This document shows positions 20,035-29,728 of a stretch of 64,000 nt of DNA, piece after piece. The notes beneath the pieces were generated by a model, which saw only the letters and a program-made list of their open reading frames with translations, was not told the DNA's origin and ran no database searches. Position numbers and translations under genes: made by a program. Numbering within the stretch: position 1 is the first letter of the stretch; every line of letters starts with the position of its first letter. The stretch comes from a virus (Duplodnaviria > Caudoviricetes): the IMG/VR virus record IMGVR_UViG_3300033183_000145, positions 1,028-65,027 of that record; one strand, 5' to 3'.

Positions 20035-21455
20035 TAGAGTGCCGTTTGAATGTAAAGAGAAGGGGTTCCGTCGTAATCAACGAGAGCCATTGCACCAACA
20101 CCAATACTGAGGTCTGCGTCATTTAAGTCCGCTCCAAGGGCGGTAACTGCCGTCTGGTCGGTGACGTGCATGACTCCAATACCATACGCTGTTGAAGCGC
20201 CAAGTGCGGAGTCGGCACCAGCACCCTTGTAAGCGGCCTTCCAGCCAAGAACTGAATTACTACTAACCTGAGTTCCTGCTCCGTTATCCCAGATAACTCT
20301 TGGGAGATCTCCTTCGACGTTTTGAGCAGTTACGCCATCTTCATCACCTGCATCAAATCCAGCTGCTCCGATATTTATTACAATACCACCTCCAGAGGCT
20401 ACAGCGCTACTGACAACAGTTCCCTCTGCAGCACCCACGCCAAGTCTAATAGTCTGATCTTCTACCTGAAGGTTGTTTGTGTTGATTGTAGTCTGAGTGC
20501 CAGTAACGATGAGGTTTGGAACCTTGAGGGCCTTTTCCTTAGGGTTGTAAACAAAGTCACTTTGTACACCCGTGTGATAGAAAGAGCTGTCGGCAGAGGA
20601 AGCTTTTAAGAACCCTACTGAATAAAACGCATCGTTGGTGCCTGAAGCGGCAATCGAATTAGCCTTCACAATCATGGACCCTCTCGCAAGACCCAGAAGC
20701 GTTCCAGAAATACCAGCGGTGGCGGGGGTTATAAAGGCTGCATCGTCGTCGGCGCCCTCATAAATATTGGTAACATTATTAGATACGTAGGCCCCATTCC
20801 AGTCGAGAAGCTTGCTTGTATCGAGAGTTTGGCCGTTTTTGTACGTAAACTCAGTATCACCAAAAACTTCTTGAGTAGTGAGGTCGCCTGCCGTCGTAGT
20901 ACCAGCAATCAAGATACGTCTTCTCGCCGTGTCTGGAGAAGTGTCAGAGTCAGTGACAGAGAGACTCGTTGCTGAAGAAGCGTCTGCAAATGTGAATCCC
21001 TCCCCGTCACTGTCGACCTTAAGAATCTTGTTGCCTTGTCCTGAGGCAGACAGGAAGGTTGGATCACCACCAGCGCCGTCGTAAACCATGACACCCGCGT
21101 TAGCTTGGTGTGCAATCTTAGCCAGGGTTACAGCGTTATCCTGAATCTTGGCCGTTCCAATAGCGTTGTTGTCAACAGTAAATGTAACTGTGCCTGTAAG
21201 GGCGTCATCGTCCTGGTCTGTTAGTGATACAGAGACTCCGCCAGACCCTGCGGTGGCGGTTCCAAAAGAGCACAACAGGGCGTCATTGTTTGAGCTACCA
21301 AAAATGATGTTGTTGGCAGAAACGTCTATATTTTCTACATCGTTATTGGCATCTCCTCGAAGGATCTGACCCTTTTCCATTGATGTTACACCAGTGACAT
21401 CATTGATATCTATAGCAGAGCCCTCCATGAGGACCTTTTTCCATACTGTAGCCAT
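20034..21455 (-). CDS. Tail fibre protein
   Basis: 473 aa; NAIGTAKIQDNAVTLAKI and NLIVTGTQTTINTNNLQVED fibre motifs. Confidence 0.7.
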   Translation of the reverse strand: MATVWKKVLMEGSAIDINDVTGVTSMEKGQILRGDANNDVENIDVSANNIIFGSSNNDALLCSFGTATAGSGGVSVSLTDQDDDALTGTVTFTVDNNAIGTAKIQDNAVTLAKIAHQANAGVMVYDGAGGDPTFLSASGQGNKILKVDSDGEGFTFADASSATSLSVTDSDTSPDTARRRILIAGTTTAGDLTTQEVFGDTEFTYKNGQTLDTSKLLDWNGAYVSNNVTNIYEGADDDAAFITPATAGISGTLLGLARGSMIVKANSIAASGTNDAFYSVGFLKASSADSSFYHTGVQSDFVYNPKEKALKVPNLIVTGTQTTINTNNLQVEDQTIRLGVGAAEGTVVSSAVASGGGIVINIGAAGFDAGDEDGVTAQNVEGDLPRVIWDNGAGTQVSSNSVLGWKAAYKGAGADSALGASTAYGIGVMHVTDQTAVTALGADLNDADLSIGVGAMALVDYDGTPSLYIQTAL

Positions 21456-21463
21456 TGTCTATT

Positions 21464-22204
21464 TTATTCTGTTACGCCAACAAAAAAATGATTCTCTGAA
21501 GAGTTATAATAAAATCCACCGAGCACTGGCGTGGGTGCCGATGAATTTGGTACAAATATAGCAGTTTTTTCTTCGTTCAAAACGAAGGCCTTCTCAAGCC
21601 CTCCGTCACTTGGTCTTGAGGTATAGAACTCAATAGATCCAGGCACGCTAGAAACACCAGCTGATCCAGATTGCTTAAAGACAATCTTAGGTCCATACGC
21701 AGTTATATTTTGCTCTATAGCAGAAACCCCATTAGAAGATATCTCTCCTAAAACCGTTCCATCTGTTGTGCTGCCGTCTTGAGAGCTTGAGAAAGAAAGG
21801 CCTGGGTAATTTGTTTTCTTTAGGGTTAGAGTGGAGAACTCTGGGTCTCCAGTCCACCCTGCATCGTAATCGTCATCAGAAAGCTTTACAAGGGCATTGT
21901 GTTCTAAACCGCCACTAGGTATTCCGTTGGTGGCGGACAGCCCAGCCCAGTTACCCTCAGTCTCCCAAGCATCATCAGCATTACTGGCCGAGGTGTAAAC
22001 ATATGGGGTATTTCCGACAACAGCAAGATACCCTTGTGTTCTGTACCTCTGAGTAACAGAAGATCTGTTGGATATGCTGCTAAATATACCAATACCCTTT
22101 ACTGGGCTCTTACCGCTCTGATTAAACTGACCAGAACCATCAGTAAGGTCCAATACAGGATACTCAGCGTTAGAGTGTCTTACTTGCCCTGCAAATTCTG
22201 GCAT
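21464..22204 (-). CDS. Putative tail fibre/spike protein
   Basis: 246 aa; GIPSGG....LVK.SD.DYDA.W and P.LGGFYYNS...FFVG fibre-like motifs. Confidence 0.55.
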   Translation of the reverse strand: MPEFAGQVRHSNAEYPVLDLTDGSGQFNQSGKSPVKGIGIFSSISNRSSVTQRYRTQGYLAVVGNTPYVYTSASNADDAWETEGNWAGLSATNGIPSGGLEHNALVKLSDDDYDAGWTGDPEFSTLTLKKTNYPGLSFSSSQDGSTTDGTVLGEISSNGVSAIEQNITAYGPKIVFKQSGSAGVSSVPGSIEFYTSRPSDGGLEKAFVLNEEKTAIFVPNSSAPTPVLGGFYYNSSENHFFVGVTE

Positions 22205-22205
22205 T

Positions 22206-23453
22206 TTAGTTTGTTGTTACGGTTAGAGTTACGCCATCGTTATAGGCTCCAGTATCGTTCGTCCTGTAAATATAATAAGGAATGTCTACACCATAATCAT
22301 TTGTTACTGTGAACTCACCCTCAAGAACAAAATCAGCAGTAGAGTCTGTAGAATTGTTTTGAAGTACTGACTTTAATGTTCCGAACGTGCTTGGGTACAT
22401 AATTATGGAGTAATACCCGTTAGTAGCATTTTGCTCGTCGCAAGTAAAATTAAATGGATTTGATCCAGGGTTACCCAACAAAAGAGCGCTTGAAGTGAGC
22501 GAGGCGTCGTTAAAAATATCTGTCGCCTCACTGTCAGTAGAGGGTATTGTCGTTGAGGCCTTTAGAAAGAACCTATACTTCCAGTTCAAGGTTATGCTAC
22601 CGCTAGATAAAGAATACTCCTGACCGTTAGGGTTACCGTTGTCTACAAAAGTTATCTTGTAGATGTCCTGAGCCAAAGAGTTGTACTGAGAGTTTATTAC
22701 TGGATCTATGTCTACTCCATAAGTTGCTATCTCTGGAAGAGTTTGATGTGCAGATCCATCACGACGAAAAGTCAAGCTCCCGTCTTTAACCTTGTTGACA
22801 TCCCCTACGATGTAATCAATACTAGTCAGAGATATAGAGGCCCCAACTTCAAAGTCCTTAGAGTTGGTGACAGATAGAGATGATCCATTTGCTGTACCTC
22901 TCAAGGTGTTGAACGAAACTGAAGTCTTTGTGTAAGGATCTAAGATGTCCTTAAACAAGTCCGTCATGTTCGTGTACTTCTCATACGTGTTGTTCCTGAT
23001 AGTATCAAAAGCACCGTCGGAGTTTGTCACAGTGATAGCGTAGTCAGTGAGCTCATCGGCATCACCACCGCCACCGCCGCCGCCGCCGCCAGTCTGATCC
23101 GCAAACTGGAAGTTGTTCTCCCCTTCATTGTATATCAGAACCTGCCCGCTAGTTGGATCACCTATAACGTCCTCAAGGTCTCTGAGTCTTTTTGGCCACT
23201 GACCAGCGTTGGTGTTTGTGGCGACCTCGATGGTAATAGAGTCAGTATCAATAGATATCGAAGGGGAGTCACTTTGCTGAACAGTAACTTCAGTAGATAC
23301 CGATGAAATAGAGATGGACTGAGATTCAGGGGAATCAACAGACACCACAGTGCCTCCAACAGGTGTGACAACTATAGATTGTCCATCCGTTGAATCTACA
23401 GAGACCGAAGTTATACCATCGCCTCCAAGAATTATTTCTGCTGGGGTAGACAA
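22206..23453 (-). CDS. Putative tail/fibre-associated protein
   Basis: 415 aa; L.DL.DV...P.SGQVL.YN repeat motif, poly-Gly linker; TTG start uncertain. Confidence 0.55.
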   Translation of the reverse strand: MSTPAEIILGGDGITSVSVDSTDGQSIVVTPVGGTVVSVDSPESQSISISSVSTEVTVQQSDSPSISIDTDSITIEVATNTNAGQWPKRLRDLEDVIGDPTSGQVLIYNEGENNFQFADQTGGGGGGGGGDADELTDYAITVTNSDGAFDTIRNNTYEKYTNMTDLFKDILDPYTKTSVSFNTLRGTANGSSLSVTNSKDFEVGASISLTSIDYIVGDVNKVKDGSLTFRRDGSAHQTLPEIATYGVDIDPVINSQYNSLAQDIYKITFVDNGNPNGQEYSLSSGSITLNWKYRFFLKASTTIPSTDSEATDIFNDASLTSSALLLGNPGSNPFNFTCDEQNATNGYYSIIMYPSTFGTLKSVLQNNSTDSTADFVLEGEFTVTNDYGVDIPYYIYRTNDTGAYNDGVTLTVTTN

Positions 23454-23457
23454 ATCA

Positions 23458-23946
23458 TTATCTACCTAGGGGGTTGGCCAACCTAGCTCCCTCAACGACA
23501 GTGATATCTGTCACGTCCTCATTGACGACAAAGGCTCCCTTCAGGATGGTCTTTGTAAGGTCCTGATCCGAAGGGGCTCCGCCTGGTATTATATACTGCA
23601 AGTCGTAAACATATCGGCCAGAAGAAAAAGACCTCATGGCGCCGTCGTGAATAACTACAGAAATGACTCCGTTTGCGTCTCCAGTAATCTCTTCTATAGT
23701 AACATATGACGACGCCCCCTCTGGCAAACCCTCTATAGTAGAGGCAAGCAGGCCAACAGAACCGTCTTGGTCCGCTGAGTTTCTAATCTGCATAGCGAAC
23801 TTATAGGCCTGGGCAGATCCAGATCCATCAAGAATAAGAGGGGCTCCAGTAGAGTCCTTTAGGGTCATATTCAACTGAAACGTATCACCGCGTCTGCAGG
23901 TGATGTTCAGTGTTTGTGCTACATCTAAGTTTACCTTCTTAGCCAT
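23458..23946 (-). CDS. BppU-like (baseplate upper protein N-terminal) structural protein
   Basis: RRGDTF...MQIR...GRYVYDLQ...ILKGAFVVNEDVT pattern. Confidence 0.6.
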   Translation of the reverse strand: MAKKVNLDVAQTLNITCRRGDTFQLNMTLKDSTGAPLILDGSGSAQAYKFAMQIRNSADQDGSVGLLASTIEGLPEGASSYVTIEEITGDANGVISVVIHDGAMRSFSSGRYVYDLQYIIPGGAPSDQDLTKTILKGAFVVNEDVTDITVVEGARLANPLGR

Positions 23947-26402
23947 TACAGTCCGAGTATTTCGTCAATATCTTGTGATCCTTGCTGCTGCTCCATAGGC
24001 TCGTTCATCTCGCCCCTCTTTCCTTGACGCTGAGAGATGAGCTTACTCTGCTCAGCGGATTCTTTCTTGATGCGCTCGTCCTTACGGTCCTCCTTAAGAA
24101 CATCCAGTTTCTCTTTGAACTCTTGATCTTCCGTTCTGAATCCGAGAGTGGCCTGAGCTCTTATCATCTCGATTTCTTTTCTGAACTCGTGCTTAGCTTT
24201 CTCAAGCTCAATCTCAAGCTGATTCTTCATCTGCATCTTCTGAGCTTCTATCTGAGCTTCCATCTGCATCTCTTGCTGTTTAGCCTGAGAAGCGGCCTGA
24301 GTAGCTTGAGCTTGCTGCTGAGCTTGCATCTGTGAGTTCTGCTGAGCCATCTCCTGCTGCTTCTTCATGCGCTTCTGACGACGCACAATCAACAGGCGTT
24401 CAGCCTGATTGATATCCTTGAGCTGCCTGATAGCGATAGCGTCCTCCAAGTCGAGCTCTTTTTGAGCCAAGGAAGCCTGGATGTTCTGCTCCAGGAACTG
24501 ACGCTCAGCGTCCTCCATCTCTTTCTGCACCTGCACACCAAAGTTGTACATAGGTAAATCAGAGAAAGAAGAAAGGACTCTCATGTTTTCCTCACCAATA
24601 GCATTCTGGTAAGCTTTCATGATAACAGACTCAGGAGGAAGTATTTGCAGACACTTAACAATGTCCTCGCAAACCTTCTTGAACAATACCATAGATGCGT
24701 TAGTGATGTCGTAGATGGCATTGTTTCCTGCAGCAATAGCTTGCTCGCGCACGCCAACCAAAGCATCGCCCTTCGGAGAGCTAGCATCCATCGCCTCGTT
24801 AACACCCGTGGAGTCTCTGATGAGGCGCAGGTAGTGATTGTATATACCAATGAGTTCATTGATGTTTCTGATGCTATTGCCGATTTCTCGGATTGGAGGG
24901 TTTTGAAATCCTCCCTCTGGGTCCTTACTTCTGTAATAGAAGACACCAGTCTGCTCGTAGATGTCATGCAGCTCCAATGGCTGCAACTCACCACCCTTGC
25001 CGAGCTGTACGTTCTCCAATCCCTCGATGTCAATGATCAAGCCGTCAGGCTTAGCCTTAGCGATAGCCTGCTGGATCTTCAAGTGAGTGATCTGGAGCAT
25101 ATCTGCAAATCCTACACAGCCATCGACCATAGACTTCGGAATCATTCTCCGAATGTTCGTGGCGATAGCTGAGTAAGAAAGACGCACCTTAGAGATATCG
25201 TGGATGTTTCTAGGCATATTGGCCTTCATCCCGTAGTCGAACATGAAGTCAGTGCCGATGATGTAGCTACCACCGTAAATAGTGGTGATGTTCATCTTGC
25301 GTGGCTGACGCTCAAATACGCTGCCTGGCTTCTCCTTGTATTCGAATCCTTCGTAGAAGAAGAGTTTGTTGCCGTATCTGTTCTCTTTGTCTTCGAAGTA
25401 CATGCAGTCGACAGACAAGAACTCGAAGTCGAGAACGTCAACCATGTACTCGTCATACCCATATACCGTTCTCTTCAAGTAGTCATCGAAGTACTGGTAG
25501 TTGAGTTTGCTTGAATCGTTTCCGTTGATGCCTGCCGCACCCTGAGCCATCTTACCGTACTCGTCTTCGGTGAACTGGTCACCAGCGAGGCGCTTAAGCT
25601 CCTGGATAGAGATACGCTTGATATGACCCGCATACGTCAAGTCATTCATGCCTGGGTCCTCAGTGTAACTGTGGATGAACATGCAGGGGTCGACGTAGTC
25701 TGTCTTAATGCCGTAGTTAGGGTCGTTAGACCTCTTCACCACAGCCATACCCAAGGAAACAAGGTCGTTGACAGCTCTTCTGTAGATGTCGTCGTTGAAG
25801 TTGTTCCAAGAGAGAGTGAGGTTAGTGCCTATCTGAGCAGCTATCTCAGCGTCAGTCTTAAGGTTGGTCTCCAAGAAGATTTCAGCCTCCTCAAGAGTCT
25901 CTGGGAGCTCTGCTGGGTCTTTGTCCAATACCAAGCCCCCAGTCTCTGCTTTGAGGGCTTCGAGCTCTGGGCGAATCTGCACCTGAACCTTGATGCGCTG
26001 CTTCTCTTTGTTCTTCTCTGAAGAAGAGATAGGGTCGATAGCTTCCAGGTTCGGATATGGGTTGCGAGACAAAATCTTGTTGCCTACAATCTTCGCGAAC
26101 TTAGGAAGTATAGGTACTGGCGTGTAGTCTAGGTTCACCAAGCTCCCATCGGAGCTGTTTGGGTCCATAGACGTGAGGATACGCTTATATATGTTTGTGT
26201 CTTGTGTTCCGTTTGCATAATCCCTGTTTCTCTCCCAAATTTTATTTCTCTTCCTGTAGAGGGACTCGGAATCCTGCAACTTACCCCACTGAGACTCTAT
26301 CGCCTTGGCATACTTCAGGCCGTACTTCTTCCCTGACTTGATGTCTTGGGGAGCTAGCGGGTCTGGAAAGTTTTTACTCTGCCTATTATTGTTGCTGTAC
26401 AT
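23946..26402 (-). CDS. Portal protein
   Basis: 818 aa directly after terL; YANGTQD, TPVPILPKF, DMLQITHLKIQQ, Gln-rich coiled C-terminus. Confidence 0.85.
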   Translation of the reverse strand: MYSNNNRQSKNFPDPLAPQDIKSGKKYGLKYAKAIESQWGKLQDSESLYRKRNKIWERNRDYANGTQDTNIYKRILTSMDPNSSDGSLVNLDYTPVPILPKFAKIVGNKILSRNPYPNLEAIDPISSSEKNKEKQRIKVQVQIRPELEALKAETGGLVLDKDPAELPETLEEAEIFLETNLKTDAEIAAQIGTNLTLSWNNFNDDIYRRAVNDLVSLGMAVVKRSNDPNYGIKTDYVDPCMFIHSYTEDPGMNDLTYAGHIKRISIQELKRLAGDQFTEDEYGKMAQGAAGINGNDSSKLNYQYFDDYLKRTVYGYDEYMVDVLDFEFLSVDCMYFEDKENRYGNKLFFYEGFEYKEKPGSVFERQPRKMNITTIYGGSYIIGTDFMFDYGMKANMPRNIHDISKVRLSYSAIATNIRRMIPKSMVDGCVGFADMLQITHLKIQQAIAKAKPDGLIIDIEGLENVQLGKGGELQPLELHDIYEQTGVFYYRSKDPEGGFQNPPIREIGNSIRNINELIGIYNHYLRLIRDSTGVNEAMDASSPKGDALVGVREQAIAAGNNAIYDITNASMVLFKKVCEDIVKCLQILPPESVIMKAYQNAIGEENMRVLSSFSDLPMYNFGVQVQKEMEDAERQFLEQNIQASLAQKELDLEDAIAIRQLKDINQAERLLIVRRQKRMKKQQEMAQQNSQMQAQQQAQATQAASQAKQQEMQMEAQIEAQKMQMKNQLEIELEKAKHEFRKEIEMIRAQATLGFRTEDQEFKEKLDVLKEDRKDERIKKESAEQSKLISQRQGKRGEMNEPMEQQQGSQDIDEILGL

Positions 26403-26421
26403 CAGGGCATCTGCATTTTTG

Positions 26422-26429
26422 CAAATATA
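26422..26429 (-). promoter_or_regulatory. Bacteroidota sigma-A -7 element (TATATTTG) upstream of portal
   Basis: Exact TAnnTTTG in the terL-portal spacer. Confidence 0.6.
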
Positions 26430-26444
26430 GAAATATTCTGATTG

Positions 26445-28553
26445 TTAGCCGATTGAGGAATATCTCCTAAAGAACTTCTTCTCATCGAACTTAGCTGGCT
26501 CCTTTTTAGCCTTGGCCTTTTGAGCTGCCAAGAGAGCCAAGCCTGAACTAATCGTAAGGTCAAACTTAGTACGGTCGTTGATCTTGAAGCCAATCCAATC
26601 CTCAAGAGTATCGTTGAAATACATCCTCCCGTACTCCCCCGTCTCTCTGTCCATGCCAACATGATCATGTACGTATGCTTCAATGGCGTGTGCATGCGCT
26701 TGTATTACATCTTGAGAGTTAGAGGGGATACCTTTGGTCTTTACGTTCACTTTAGAGTTTGCAGCCTTCAAGTGGTCTGGTCTATTCATTAGGTAGCCAT
26801 CGTAACCCCTTGATTCAAAGTATCTTGCGATACCGTACTTATTGTTTTCAATTAAGAGTGGGTACCCATAGAACACAGCTGCCATCAAGCAATCTTCGTA
26901 GAAGATCTTAGCCAAAGGCGGACGGGACGCGTACTCAAGCACAAACATGTTCGATGGGTGCTCCATGTGGAACTTGTTGTACAGGTGTAGCGCACCCTTA
27001 GACCCCCGTCCATCGACGGTGGCGTCAAGGTCATAAGAGTCAACCCCGCCTACCCCCAGCTCTGCATTCGGTGCAATACGTTTACCTCGGTCTTCTTTCT
27101 TGAGGTTCCTTAGTTCCTCGGGAGGCATCCACACGACCTTGAACCTCCCCTTCGCGTCTGGCTTAAAGACGACTTTCGTGTCTTGGACCCCATCCTTCCA
27201 GACGAAGTTGCCTCGGACAACAGGATTAGGATATAGGTCGTCGTTATATTGTATCTGTTCATAGATCTTCCCGATGTTGAAAAGGCTTCCGTCGATACTA
27301 TCTCTGAATGCCTCGTCTGTAGTAAATGGGAACTGACGAGTAACCTCGTTCAATTCTGATGGATCGTGCTTCAGGCTTTCGCGCTCATTCTTAAGATACG
27401 TCTTAGCTCCGAATATTATATCCTCACCATCCAATCCTTCTACTACAGAAGTGGGGTCGTCTACTACTGGATTCCCATATTTATCGAAGAAACCTTCTAA
27501 GGACTCATACGCTGGGATAAATAGCCTATACAGGCCAGTCCTGGTCCTCCCATTCGCGTTCCTCTCCGAGGGGTCCGAATCCCTCCATAGTTCCTTGTAT
27601 TCTTTTCCGCCCTTGTCCATCGGATTTACCGTGCTTCCGACCAGAGCTTTTCCGACGATTCTTCGCCCGACGATCAAACAGGTCCGCTGAATCCTCCAGG
27701 CGTCCCTTATGTCTGTAGGTTTTTCCCATTTTCCAGCCTCATCGAGATACAACAGGTGAAGCTTCTCACCGTCGTATGCGTTGTTAGTTGTATTCTTCCA
27801 GTTTATGACCGTATTAAGAGCTTCGCCCTTCGTCGCAGTCTTATTCTTCTTCGTGATTCTCTTACTCGGCTCGCGAAAAGCCAACTCCATGCGAGGGTTC
27901 GTGGTACCATCTTGAATAGGTTTAAAGAAGAATGGGTAGTGCCGAAACATCTGCACCACCTTCTTCATGAAAATATTTTCTTGAGCGTCCTTACCAGTCT
28001 TCGACTGTATACCTAGGAGCTTGTCTTTGACTTGCGAGGCCTCATCGAGAAGCACAGACGAGCAGATATTCGTGTACCCGCTACGTCTGCACTTGGTATA
28101 GAGCTGCCCGATACATCGGGGATCCGCCTCACACGCAGACAAATGTAAGAAAATATCTCTTTGAAAACTCAAGAAGCTCGGATAACCTATGTCCATCCGA
28201 GTCCACTGTAGCATCATGTAGTGCCTGCCCGTAATATATGTAGCGACACCGTTATTATAAAACCAAAAGCCCTCACGCCGACGGCGAAATTCCTCCTCGA
28301 TATACGGAGAAAACTTTTGTCGAAACTCCCTAGGCATCTCCGCCCACTCATCCATACTCTTAATCCTAGACAGCTCCTCAGGCATAGGAACCCTCTCCCA
28401 CAGCTGCATGTGGTCTGGCTTTCCATATCCCGCAATTTCTTCTTTGGGAGGCTCAGCGGGAAGTGCAATGTCAAGCCCACCGATTTGAACAACTTCTCCC
28501 TGCGTACCCTTGGGGCAAATTCGGATAATATCCTCATCAGAATACTTGTCCAT
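26445..28553 (-). CDS. terL: Terminase large subunit
   Basis: 702 aa; Walker A-like KCRRSGYT, Walker B LLYLDEAGKW, coupling motif GSTVN, RNase H-like GGVDSYD...ENNK...FDLTIS. Confidence 0.9.
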   Translation of the reverse strand: MDKYSDEDIIRICPKGTQGEVVQIGGLDIALPAEPPKEEIAGYGKPDHMQLWERVPMPEELSRIKSMDEWAEMPREFRQKFSPYIEEEFRRRREGFWFYNNGVATYITGRHYMMLQWTRMDIGYPSFLSFQRDIFLHLSACEADPRCIGQLYTKCRRSGYTNICSSVLLDEASQVKDKLLGIQSKTGKDAQENIFMKKVVQMFRHYPFFFKPIQDGTTNPRMELAFREPSKRITKKNKTATKGEALNTVINWKNTTNNAYDGEKLHLLYLDEAGKWEKPTDIRDAWRIQRTCLIVGRRIVGKALVGSTVNPMDKGGKEYKELWRDSDPSERNANGRTRTGLYRLFIPAYESLEGFFDKYGNPVVDDPTSVVEGLDGEDIIFGAKTYLKNERESLKHDPSELNEVTRQFPFTTDEAFRDSIDGSLFNIGKIYEQIQYNDDLYPNPVVRGNFVWKDGVQDTKVVFKPDAKGRFKVVWMPPEELRNLKKEDRGKRIAPNAELGVGGVDSYDLDATVDGRGSKGALHLYNKFHMEHPSNMFVLEYASRPPLAKIFYEDCLMAAVFYGYPLLIENNKYGIARYFESRGYDGYLMNRPDHLKAANSKVNVKTKGIPSNSQDVIQAHAHAIEAYVHDHVGMDRETGEYGRMYFNDTLEDWIGFKINDRTKFDLTISSGLALLAAQKAKAKKEPAKFDEKKFFRRYSSIG

Positions 28554-28722
28554 ACCTATTGCTTCTAAAGCTAGGGGCGCCCGATTTAGGGTTCTTTATC
28601 TCCATGTACTTACCGCATGGACACTTGATGTCGAAGTACGCCTCGTCATTAGCGAACTTGATAGACACACCACTCTTAGATTCTTCGTGCTTTTTTTCGC
28701 ACTTGCAGATGTAATCAGCCAT
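28537..28722 (-). CDS. Small zinc-ribbon protein
   Basis: 61 aa; YICKC...KCPCG. Confidence 0.55.
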   Translation of the reverse strand: MADYICKCEKKHEESKSGVSIKFANDEAYFDIKCPCGKYMEIKNPKSGAPSFRSNRYGQVF

Positions 28723-28737
28723 GTTAATTCAATTTAG

Positions 28738-28811
28738 TACGCCCGCCAGGATTCGAACCTGGGACCGTTTGCTTAGAAGGCAAATGCTCTATCCAGCTGA
28801 GCTACGGGCGC
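28738..28811 (-). tRNA. tRNA-Arg (anticodon UCU)
   Basis: Full cloverleaf: GCGCCCG acceptor, TAGCTCAGCTGGATAGAGC D-arm, TTTGC-CTTCTAA-GCAAA, GGTTCGAATCC; CCA not encoded. Confidence 0.95.
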
Positions 28812-28817
28812 ATACAG

Positions 28818-29039
28818 TTACCTGCTGCGTCTACGCTTAGGCCTATTGTTAGCTCTGTTCCTGCCTTCAGGCATAGGGGTGGTTCTATCTGACGTACCCA
28901 CGTGGGCATTATCGAGACCGTCACCATTTCCGTAGACTCCAAGACGTCGAGCTATACGATTGAGGGCAGCACGGTACTTCTTAGCCTTACCTCCCTTACC
29001 GTACTTCCTGTACTCTTCCTTGTAGTTTCTGCCTGCCAT
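28818..29039 (-). CDS. Small basic protein, degenerate HNH-like
   Basis: RNYKEEY...RAALNRIARR...GDGLDNAH...NRA resembles small podovirus HNH proteins; TAACTTTG at 29044-29051. Confidence 0.45.
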   Translation of the reverse strand: MAGRNYKEEYRKYGKGGKAKKYRAALNRIARRLGVYGNGDGLDNAHVGTSDRTTPMPEGRNRANNRPKRRRSR

Positions 29040-29074
29040 ATTGCAAAGTTACAAAAGTGGACACATATATACCC

Positions 29075-29212
29075 TCAGCGTCCTTGACCTGCGTATCGCT
29101 TGCTGTAATTCTTAGAGTTCTTGTTCTTAGACTGCTTGGTCTTGGCGTGTACTCCCTTGCGTCGGACGTTTGTTTTTACGTAGGCACTACCTACTCCTTG
29201 TTTCTTAGCCAT
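29075..29212 (-). CDS. Small basic protein (45 aa)
   Basis: Manual ORF MAKKQGVGSAYVK...KNYSKRYAGQGR between the two tRNAs. Confidence 0.55.
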   Translation of the reverse strand: MAKKQGVGSAYVKTNVRRKGVHAKTKQSKNKNSKNYSKRYAGQGR

Positions 29213-29230
29213 TGCTTTAGATTTAATTTG

Positions 29231-29304
29231 TTGGGGCGGTGGGACTTGAACCCACGACTTCCTGTGTATAAGACAGACGCTCTAACCAACTGAACTACGC
29301 CCCA
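29231..29304 (-). tRNA. tRNA-Ile (anticodon UAU)
   Basis: Cloverleaf: TGGGGCG acceptor, TAGTTCAGTTGGTTAGAGC, TCTGT-CTTATAC-ACAGG, GGTTCAAGTCC. Confidence 0.9.
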
Positions 29305-29437
29305 GTTTGATTGCCCCATTTGCGTAGGGGGCCGCCTGACGAAAAGGATTACGCCTTAGTCTTCGTACTCTCCGTTCCAGGAATCTTCCCAGAACTTGTG
29401 TTCTACTTTATTTCTTTCCCATACTATTTGTTTCCAA

Positions 29438-29728
29438 TCATTTAGAGAACTTTTCAGCGAAACCTCCGCTGTAGTCTTTGGCTTCTTCGATTCCTCCATT
29501 TGTTGTTAGATCTTTAATCATCTGCTCTAGGCGCTGTCTCTCTACGATGAGCTCCTTGCAGTCTGTTGCTGTTTGCTTGATGGACTGAAGTTCCGCTTTG
29601 CGGGCGCTCCCGTTGATCTCAGGATCAACAGGTTTCTTGACTTCGTCGATCATGTTGTTGATGGCTACCTCCATGCTATTCATGAGGCGCTGTGCAGCAT
29701 CAATCGTTGTGAACTTCTTCTTCGACAT
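29438..29728 (-). CDS. Putative terminase small subunit-like helical protein
   Basis: 96 aa, helical, ends GGFAEKFSK, upstream of terL; positional inference only. Confidence 0.4.
   Translation of the reverse strand: MSKKKFTTIDAAQRLMNSMEVAINNMIDEVKKPVDPEINGSARKAELQSIKQTATDCKELIVERQRLEQMIKDLTTNGGIEEAKDYSGGFAEKFSK

Noticed and set aside
23064-23090. CCG microsatellite (also near 4357-4371)
   Set aside because: It simply encodes poly-Gly linkers in structural proteins.
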